Of a stretch of DNA of 51,898 nucleotides, positions 1 to 7,339 are shown one piece after another (within the stretch, counting starts at the first letter, position 1; each line of letters opens with the position of its first letter). The stretch comes from Candidatus Zixiibacteriota bacterium. Its GTDB lineage: Bacteria; Zixibacteria; MSB-5A5; UBA10806; 4484-95. The notes under the pieces were generated by a model. That model did not search any database and was not told the origin of the DNA. It saw only the letters and a list, made by a program, of their open reading frames with translations. Where the stretch lies: the NCBI GenBank assembly GCA_029932605.1, contig JAOZPT010000009.1:1-51898 (forward strand), read 5' to 3'. The position numbers and the translations under genes were made by a program.

Positions 1-80
1 TCATACCCCTCAGGGACATTGATGGCGTATTGGCTGAAAGCCACCACTGGAATAAGTAATATTATTATCAAGGTTTTCAT
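1..80 (-). CDS. 5' end of a secreted protein, running off the left edge (not in the ORF track)
   Basis: Reverse complement from ATG at 80 reads MKTLIIILLIPVVAFSQYAINVPEGY with no stop. This is a typical Sec signal peptide (K, hydrophobic core, AFS|Q). An AGAGG RBS lies 5 nt upstream; the gene is divergent from argF. Confidence 0.7.
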   Translation of the reverse strand, partial: MKTLIIILLIPVVAFSQYAINVPEGY

Positions 81-193
81 GGAAGCCTCTAAGCTTATTA
101 TACTATAAAGAAAATACAACCAAAAAGCAATATATATTTTATTTATCATTCGTCTATATTGTTATGGTCAGATAGGATTATTATAATCCCCTG

Positions 194-222
194 TTGCTTT
201 CCTATTTTTCTCCCCATATATT
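194..222 (+). promoter_or_regulatory. sigma70-type promoter of argF
   Basis: TTGCTT-N17-TATATT, upstream of a GGAGG RBS and the ATG at 263. Confidence 0.45.
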
Positions 223-262
223 AGGCCAAGCTTTGATATGAAAAAGTTACCCGGAGGAATAA

Positions 263-1186
263 ATGACTAAAAAAGCAAAACGCGATTTTATAGCTATAAC
301 AGATTTCACCGAGTCTGAAATAAGAGAGACCATAAAACTTGCCGCTGATTTGAAAAAGAAAAGGCAAAAGCTTGACGTATTGGCAGGCAAAACGGTTGGC
401 TGTATATTTCATAAGCCTTCCCTGCGTACACGTATATCTTTTGAGGTTGGCATTGATGAGTTAGGTGGCAATTCTATTTATATAACCGAAAAAGAGATCG
501 AGCTGGGCAAACGTGAGTCCATCTACGATGCGGCCAAGGTGTTGTCGCGTTATTTGGCCATGATCGAGATAAGGACATTCTCCCAGGATGATGTCGAAGA
601 GCTGGCCAGACATGCTGATATACCGGTGATAAATGGCCTGACCGACCTGTTGCATCCCTGCCAGATTATGTCGGATTTGTTGACCATTGTTGAGCATAAG
701 GGGAAAGTTGATAATCTCAAGATCGCTTATCTGGGTGATGGTAATAATGTCGCTAATAGCTGGCTTAAAGCGGCCAGCCGGCTACCCATGGATTTGCGAA
801 TCGGCACACATAAAGACACACCACCCGATGCAAAAATTTTTGCTGAGGCGAAACAGGCGGGGAAATCTAAAATTATCGTTACCGATGACCCGGTTGAGGC
901 TGTTTTAAATGCCGATGTTATTTACACCGATGTTTGGGCGTCGATGGGGCAAAAGCATTTACAAGAGGAAAAAGATAAGCTGTTGGCTTCATTCCAGGTC
1001 AACTCAAAACTGTTGCGAAAGGCGGATTCTGGGGCGATAGTAATGCATTGCTTACCAGCGAACCGTGGTAGGGAGATTACGGATGAAGTCATCGATGGTC
1101 CGCAGTCGGTGGTGTTTGACCAGGCAGAAAATCGCCTTCATATGCAAAAAGCTATAATGGTGAAATTAGCCCGAGAAAGCTTTTAA
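263..1186 (+). CDS. argF: Ornithine carbamoyltransferase
   Basis: Carbamoyl-phosphate motif KPSLRTRISF, HPCQ, GDGNN, DVWASMG (SMG loop) and HCLP; 307 aa. Confidence 0.95.
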   Translation: MTKKAKRDFIAITDFTESEIRETIKLAADLKKKRQKLDVLAGKTVGCIFHKPSLRTRISFEVGIDELGGNSIYITEKEIELGKRESIYDAAKVLSRYLAMIEIRTFSQDDVEELARHADIPVINGLTDLLHPCQIMSDLLTIVEHKGKVDNLKIAYLGDGNNVANSWLKAASRLPMDLRIGTHKDTPPDAKIFAEAKQAGKSKIIVTDDPVEAVLNADVIYTDVWASMGQKHLQEEKDKLLASFQVNSKLLRKADSGAIVMHCLPANRGREITDEVIDGPQSVVFDQAENRLHMQKAIMVKLARESF

Positions 1187-1209
1187 TGGGCTATATCATA
1201 CTGCCAAAG

Positions 1210-1229
1210 ATATGCATTGTTATGCATAT
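1210..1229. promoter_or_regulatory. Perfect inverted repeat, candidate enhancer (bEBP upstream activator site)
   Basis: ATATGCAT-tgtt-ATGCATAT, about 110-130 bp upstream of the sigma54 motif at 1340. Confidence 0.4.
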
Positions 1230-1339
1230 TTTGAAATCTTTATAAGAAGTTAAATACTGCTAATATAAAAAATCTTTCTGAACTGATTGATAAACAACGT
1301 AATTATCATCTCTTGTTTTGTAAAATGATGCGATTTTGA

Positions 1340-1355
1340 GGGCATATTCTTTGCT
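1340..1355 (+). promoter_or_regulatory. sigma54 (-24/-12) promoter
   Basis: gGGCATattctTTGCt with exact GG-N10-GC spacing, 33 nt before the ATG at 1389. Confidence 0.6.
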
Positions 1356-1388
1356 TTTTCATAGTTTCGTAACAATCAGGGGGTATTA

Positions 1389-1856
1389 ATGCGGTGTTAT
1401 TTTCATGGCTCTGTTATAACCGATAATGGATATGAAAAACAGAAAGGTATGGTTAGTTTTGCGATACCTGATATTGGGGTGATTTTCAGAAGTCGATGGG
1501 ATGGCAACCTTTATGAATGTCAATACGCCAGCTTGCTATCGTTGTTGAGATTTATTGAAACAAATAGCAAGCTGTTCAAAGGAAAGAGCGTTGAAATATT
1601 ATCGGATGCCTCCGTAGTTATTTATCAGTTAACCAAAAAAAGTTTTATATTCAAAAGCCTGGAGCCATACTACCGCATGGTTCAAACTTATAAGGCTAAA
1701 TTTGCTTTTAAGCTCAACTGGATACCTGATAATGAGAACCCGGCAAATCACGGCTTGAGTGAAATACCCCCTATAAGACCAAGTGTCGAAATTAATTATG
1801 ATATAAAACAAACAGGCAATGACGACGTCCCTCGAGGTGGTGCTCTACCACTATGA
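1389..1856 (+). CDS. RNase HI-like fold protein with a degenerate active site
   Basis: The pattern YFHG...NLYECQYASLL...VEILSDASVVIYQL...LEPYY...WIPDNENPAN parallels RNase HI YFDG...NNEAEY.AL...I.GDS.LVV.Q...L..Y...WVPRE.N..AD; AGGGGG RBS. Confidence 0.7.
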   Translation: MRCYFHGSVITDNGYEKQKGMVSFAIPDIGVIFRSRWDGNLYECQYASLLSLLRFIETNSKLFKGKSVEILSDASVVIYQLTKKSFIFKSLEPYYRMVQTYKAKFAFKLNWIPDNENPANHGLSEIPPIRPSVEINYDIKQTGNDDVPRGGALPL

Positions 1857-1937
1857 TATTTTTACTTGATTGTTATCTGTTTTTAGTTAAATTATGATCG
1901 GTACTGAGGGGTTGGTTATAATTTTATATAGGGAGGA

Positions 1938-4529
1938 ATGATGAGGGTATTTTTATCATCAGTACTGACTTTAATGATTTTATCTTCTGTTTTTGCTGTT
2001 GTTCCACCGGACGATTTTAAAATCCAGAGGGATGATTTCGTTGTCCGGTCAACTTTGCAAAAAACCCTGAAACGAGTTAATGCAGATGGGAAAATTTGGG
2101 CCTGGGTATTTTTCACCGACAAAGGATTTACAGCATTAACCGAATACCATGCCAGATTACAGGAAACTGAAAGAAACCTTACTGCCCGTGCTAAAAGCCG
2201 TCGACTGAAAGCACGAGGCAAATATAACCTGGTTGATTTCAGGGATATACCTGTTTACCAACCATACATCGACCAGGTTTTATCGACAGGAGCTAAAAAG
2301 AGGAAAGTCCTGCGATGGTTTAACGCTGTTACCATTGAGGCTACGCCTCAGCAACTTCATCAAATTGCCCGGTTACCGTTTGTCAGAGAGTTTAAACATG
2401 TCAGTTCCGCTAAGTATCCCTCGGATTATATTAAAACGAAAAGCTTAGATTATGAACCACCTCTTATAAACACAACTCTGGACTACGGTCCGTCCTTGGC
2501 TCAGCTTGAACAGATAAATACAACCGTTGCCCACGAACTTGGTTTTACGGGTCAGGGTATTCTGGTATGTATGATGGATACGGGGTATCGCCAGGCTCAT
2601 CAGGCGTTTCAAGAGGCTATAAACGATGGCCGTTTGATCGCCCAGTATGATTTTATCAATGATGATGATAATACCGATTATGACCCCGAACAGGACGTTG
2701 AGAACCAGCCTTTTCATGGCACCATGACCTGGTCAACGCTTGGTGGAGCGGCCTCCGGGAATCTATATGGGCCGGCTTATGGAGCGATGTTCTGCCTGGC
2801 AAAAACAGAGGACATAACCAGCGAACATCATATAGAAGAGGATAACTGGGCGGCTGGTGCCGAGTGGGCCGACTCGCTTGGAGCAGATGTAATCTCGGCC
2901 TCGCTTGGCTATCGTTACGGTTTCGACTGGCCTGATGAGGATTATACATATGAAGATATGAACGGCGATTCCACCATTGTCACCCAGGCGGCTGATCTGG
3001 CTGCCTATAACGGTATCGCTGTGAATACCGCCATGGGTAATGACGGTGCCCTTGGTTCTGGCTCTTTGATTGCGCCTGCCGATGGCGATTCGGTTATCGC
3101 TATTGGCGCGGTCGATGAAGACGGTTGGATTGTCGGTTTCTCGGCTTTAGGTCCAACATACGATGGCCGGACGAAGCCTGAGGTTTTAGCCCGTGGGTTG
3201 TATACAGTATGCGCCGCTCCCTGGGACATGTATGGTTATTGGACTGCGTCAGGTACCTCACTATCCACGCCTTTGTGTGGGGGCGCCACCGCGGTTTTGT
3301 TATCGGCTCATCCCAACTGGACACCGGTAATGGTGCGAGAGGCGATGATGATGACAGCAAACAACATGGAAAATCCCGATAATACTTATGGCTGGGGTAT
3401 AATAGATGTCGGTCAGGCTATGTATTACCATCCAGAGGGTGATATCGTAATCGAACATGAACCGTTAGTTTATTTCCCACCCGGTCTGGATAATAACGTC
3501 ATCAACGCTGAAATATACGGTGGAGCTGGAATCGACCCTGATGAGGTTTACCTTTTCTGGCGCATTGATGAGTTAGAACCCTTTAACCAAGAGCAGATGC
3601 AAACTGGCGATAACCTGCATTATGAGGGAATCGTCCCGGGCCTGGATGAGGGTTATCTTCAGTATTATATACTTGCCACTGATATCAATGGTATTTGCGC
3701 AACCTATCCATTCGGTGCCCCTGACTGCTTCCTCACTGTACAGGTTGCCGTTTCCGAGTTTTATGATTCATTTGAAAATGGCCTTTACTTCTGGAAAGCC
3801 AGCGGCGTAAACGGTTGCTGGTCGATAACAGCTGAGACAGCCAATACAGGCAATATCTCGATAACCGATAGCCCCTACGAATACTACAACAATAACGCAG
3901 AACTGTATCTTACCAGCAATTTTGGAATAAATCTTTTTGGGTCCGATTCTGCCGAGGTTCGTTTTATGACGGAATATGACCTTGATGACGATCTTGATGG
4001 GTTATTTTTCGAGGTGTCAATCGATGGAGGACAGCAGTGGCAGCAGGTCGGTCAGCCAATCACCGGCTCAAGTTCGGGTTTTGAAGAAATAGCATTAAAC
4101 CTTGAGGACTTTCTGGGCGAGGGCGATGTCAGGTTCAGGTTCAGGATGACAACTGATGCCTATGGCTACGGCGATGGCGTCCATATCGATGATATAAGAA
4201 TCTGGTGGAGCGCGGAGGTCGGTATATCAGGTGACGATATTTCTATTCCTCAAAAGTTTAGTCTGGCTCAAAACTATCCCAACCCCTTTAACGCCTCGAC
4301 CAAGATATCATTTGCTCTTGACCGAAGCGGTGATGCACGGTTAGTCATATATGATCTTTTAGGAAGAAAAGTTAAGACTCTGGTGTCATCATATATGGAA
4401 GCCGGTTCTCATGAGATTGTCTGGAATGGCACCGATGATACCGGCGATGATGTCTCAAGCGGAATATATATGTATAAGCTTGAATCCGGTGATAAGATCC
4501 AGGTTAAGCGGATGACATTGTTGAGATAG
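1938..4529 (+). CDS. Secreted S8 (subtilisin-like) serine peptidase with C-terminal FlgD-Ig / T9SS type-A-like sorting domain
   Basis: Signal peptide; triad motifs MDTG, HGT and SGTSLSTP; beta-sandwich domains; C-terminal QNYPNPFN...IYDLLGRKV...WNG...SSGIY...KRMTLLR. Confidence 0.92.
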   Translation: MMRVFLSSVLTLMILSSVFAVVPPDDFKIQRDDFVVRSTLQKTLKRVNADGKIWAWVFFTDKGFTALTEYHARLQETERNLTARAKSRRLKARGKYNLVDFRDIPVYQPYIDQVLSTGAKKRKVLRWFNAVTIEATPQQLHQIARLPFVREFKHVSSAKYPSDYIKTKSLDYEPPLINTTLDYGPSLAQLEQINTTVAHELGFTGQGILVCMMDTGYRQAHQAFQEAINDGRLIAQYDFINDDDNTDYDPEQDVENQPFHGTMTWSTLGGAASGNLYGPAYGAMFCLAKTEDITSEHHIEEDNWAAGAEWADSLGADVISASLGYRYGFDWPDEDYTYEDMNGDSTIVTQAADLAAYNGIAVNTAMGNDGALGSGSLIAPADGDSVIAIGAVDEDGWIVGFSALGPTYDGRTKPEVLARGLYTVCAAPWDMYGYWTASGTSLSTPLCGGATAVLLSAHPNWTPVMVREAMMMTANNMENPDNTYGWGIIDVGQAMYYHPEGDIVIEHEPLVYFPPGLDNNVINAEIYGGAGIDPDEVYLFWRIDELEPFNQEQMQTGDNLHYEGIVPGLDEGYLQYYILATDINGICATYPFGAPDCFLTVQVAVSEFYDSFENGLYFWKASGVNGCWSITAETANTGNISITDSPYEYYNNNAELYLTSNFGINLFGSDSAEVRFMTEYDLDDDLDGLFFEVSIDGGQQWQQVGQPITGSSSGFEEIALNLEDFLGEGDVRFRFRMTTDAYGYGDGVHIDDIRIWWSAEVGISGDDISIPQKFSLAQNYPNPFNASTKISFALDRSGDARLVIYDLLGRKVKTLVSSYMEAGSHEIVWNGTDDTGDDVSSGIYMYKLESGDKIQVKRMTLLR

Positions 4530-4768
4530 GTAGTAATATTAGAAGCGAGTTATATCTGTATAAGGTTATATTATAAGATAAAGTAAAGGTTAGTGTGTTT
4601 CAGGAACCATGATTCCCGAAACTGTAATAGTAGTTCTTGTAACCCCTTACTTTTGATTTGGAAAAATTAAAATCCTTGTTACATTTAATTGGAATATGTT
4701 TTTTAATGATGTTGTTAAGCAGCCGTAGAAGCCGGTTAACATTTAAAGATTAAGGTCTGGAGGAACAG

Positions 4769-6463
4769 ATGAAAAGGTTATTGTTAATGTTGAGTATTAT
4801 GATGATTGCCACGACGATGGTCTGGGGGCAATCTCGATGTTTGACACCTATGTTTGAGCAGGCTCGAATTGATCTTTATGAAAAATTTGGTGGTTCGAAA
4901 GGACCATCAATTGGCCACAAAGATATAACGATACATGAAGTCGGTGATACGATGACATTCTGGTCGCTGAATTTAAGTGTCATGCCGCCAAACTGGGAGC
5001 TGGTGCCGGCAACCTGCCGCGCTGTAACCGAGTATTCCTATGTTTTCGTGGCTGATGACCAATGGGATGTTCATATAGATTCGGCTGATGTGGAATTGGT
5101 GACATATTACTGGGAGGAGGGAACATACAACGATTCGACAATGGGTATATATGAGCTGAATACACAAAATTTCGGTATGCCTCCCGATGAGCTTGATGAT
5201 GATGACCATATCTACATCTTATATGATGATCTCGGCTCGTTTAATGGTGTGGTCTTCGATGGTTATTTTTTGGTGTATAATGAATACACCGAGGAGGAGG
5301 CCCAACATATGGGTGGGCACTCCAATGAGGTGGAGATGTTTTATATGTCGTGCCACCCGGGCGACCCGGTATCACCGATAAGGATATCGGTACTGGCGCA
5401 TGAGTTCGAACATATGATTCACTGGGCAGCTGACCCGGACGAGGAAACCTGGGTTGATGAGGGATGCGCTGAATATGCAATGTTGTTGTTTGGTGTGCCG
5501 GACCCCTTGGTTGATTTCCCTAACCACCCGGATAACAACTTAACCCAATGGGATAACGACTTTGCGGATTATATTCAGACGTTTATGTTCATCACCTATA
5601 TAGCTGACCACTATGGCGGTTCAGAGACGATAAGGGAAATAGTGCAGGAATCCCAGAACTCAACTTATGGTATCGAAACAGCGATCCGGGATGTGGGTTA
5701 TGATATTACATTTGAAGAACTATTTGTCGATTGGGCGGTTGCTAATTATTATCACGGCAGAGGTGGGGCTGACTCGCCTGCTCCCGATAGCCAGTATATT
5801 TATTTCTCAATCGACCCTCCGGCATTTAACAATTCCGATTGGCACAATGAATATCCGGTTGGTCCAAACAACCGCTATGTTAACCACTGGGCGGCTGATT
5901 ATATCTCCTTTAATAATCCTGATATTTGTTATGATGATCTTACGCTTGTTTTCGATGGTAATATCAACATCGATTTTGGGTTGGGTATAATCAGGTCGTT
6001 AACCTCCGGTTATTTTTCTGCCTATGATATCTTTCCTACCGATTCGTACTGGATGGGTGATTTTCCTGATTTTGGTGACTGTTATTATATTACGAATATG
6101 GTAGCAGGCTTGGGTGGTTATGGAACGGCAAATTATTCATATGCTGCAGAGACTTCTACCGGTATAGGTAATGCTTCCTTGCCGGGAAAAGATTTTTCAA
6201 TCGGTCCTTTATATCCTAATCCATTTAATCAAAGCATTCAGATAAGATTTTCCAAATTAAACGGACAGGATACAAAGATTGAAATTTTCGATATTTGCGG
6301 ACGATTTGTTAGAAAATGGAATGTTCCAGCTACGGAAAATTCAGGTGAAATCCTATGGGATGGTAAAGATTTTAAAGGGGAAAATATAGCTTCCGGTGTC
6401 TATTTATTTAAAATATCAGATGGCACGAATAGCAGGATAATCAAGGGGACGCTTTTGAAATAG
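4769..6463 (+). CDS. Secreted zinc metallopeptidase (M30/hyicolysin-like) with C-terminal FlgD-Ig / T9SS-like domain
   Basis: Signal peptide; AHEFEHMIH followed by WVDEGCAE; C-terminal YPNPFN...IFDICGRFV...WDGKD...ASGVY...TLLK. Confidence 0.85.
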   Translation: MKRLLLMLSIMMIATTMVWGQSRCLTPMFEQARIDLYEKFGGSKGPSIGHKDITIHEVGDTMTFWSLNLSVMPPNWELVPATCRAVTEYSYVFVADDQWDVHIDSADVELVTYYWEEGTYNDSTMGIYELNTQNFGMPPDELDDDDHIYILYDDLGSFNGVVFDGYFLVYNEYTEEEAQHMGGHSNEVEMFYMSCHPGDPVSPIRISVLAHEFEHMIHWAADPDEETWVDEGCAEYAMLLFGVPDPLVDFPNHPDNNLTQWDNDFADYIQTFMFITYIADHYGGSETIREIVQESQNSTYGIETAIRDVGYDITFEELFVDWAVANYYHGRGGADSPAPDSQYIYFSIDPPAFNNSDWHNEYPVGPNNRYVNHWAADYISFNNPDICYDDLTLVFDGNINIDFGLGIIRSLTSGYFSAYDIFPTDSYWMGDFPDFGDCYYITNMVAGLGGYGTANYSYAAETSTGIGNASLPGKDFSIGPLYPNPFNQSIQIRFSKLNGQDTKIEIFDICGRFVRKWNVPATENSGEILWDGKDFKGENIASGVYLFKISDGTNSRIIKGTLLK

Positions 6464-6577
6464 CTTTGAGTTTAGTCCTTACCCTGTGATGTAAAAGGAA
6501 TAGCAAAAAAGGACGAGAAAAGAAATACTTAGATAACATTGTCGTAAAAGTAATAATCAAAGCCTGGTTTCATTGAT

Positions 6578-6922
6578 TTATCTTTTTCTATAAAGATTGT
6601 TTTTGATTTTTCCCAATTGTTTAACGGGGCATTTGTCGCACAGTTTGTTCAGGAAAACCTGATTCCAGTTCTTTATAGCATTTTCATAAGCATTCTTCTC
6701 CTCGCAAATATCCTGACATTCAAGGAAAAAAAGCGAGGGATGCACTCCCCATTTATCGGCTAATCGCAGTATAGTATCTAAAGTGGGATTGCCATCTCCA
6801 GTCTCGAGTTTTAAAAGTTGATCATAACCAATCAAAGCCATCATAGCAGCCCTCGTTCGAGGTAATTCTAATATCTTCTCGCGGATATAACTTACATTGT
6901 CGCCAAAGTTTTTTTTGTTCAT
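6578..6922 (-). CDS. XRE-family HTH transcriptional regulator with a Cys-rich C-terminal extension
   Basis: FGDNV..IRE...KLETGDGNPTLDTILRLA..WGV is the HTH_3 pattern; GGAGG RBS on the minus strand; tail C-x3-C-x21-C-x2-C. Confidence 0.85.
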   Translation of the reverse strand: MNKKNFGDNVSYIREKILELPRTRAAMMALIGYDQLLKLETGDGNPTLDTILRLADKWGVHPSLFFLECQDICEEKNAYENAIKNWNQVFLNKLCDKCPVKQLGKIKNNLYRKR

Positions 6923-7052
6923 AAAATTAACCTCCGAATATAATTTACTAAATTGATATTGTTATGGCAACTAATAATAGCTACTTCAAAAAGAAAGTGT
7001 ATATATGTAAGTAAGTTATAGAAGTTATTGTAAGCACTTATTGATTTAAAAC

Positions 7053-7081
7053 TTGACAATTTATTATATAAAACTTATTTT
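7053..7081 (+). promoter_or_regulatory. sigma70-type promoter in the divergent XRE / FG-GAP intergenic region
   Basis: TTGACA-N17-TATTTT. Confidence 0.45.
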
Positions 7082-7339
7082 ATTGAAAAAGGAATTTTAT
7101 AGCCGGCTTGTGAGAATGTATAATATCGGGTATTGTAATTAATTGAAAGCTGGCTGAAATTGTTTTAAAAGCAGTACTTCGTGGTTTGATTTTTTCGGTT
7201 CTTATATGTTGCTTTTTGAGGTTAAAAAAGGGAACGTCTTAAATTCTTTCCTTCATGTATTGTATTATATTGAGATAGTTACTCAGCATTTTGCAGGAAT
7301 TTAAGAGGTATTGTCAATTTAATTGAAAGGAGCGAGGGT

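Noticed and set aside
263..1186. SLRT instead of STRT, suggesting an N-acetyl- or succinylornithine transcarbamylase
   Set aside because: The DxxxSMG ornithine-binding loop and HCLP are intact, so ordinary OTC is the better call
1389..1856. RNase H fold as a sign of a retroelement or DDE transposase remnant
   Set aside because: No reverse transcriptase, terminal repeats or target duplication; the ORF is intact with its own promoter
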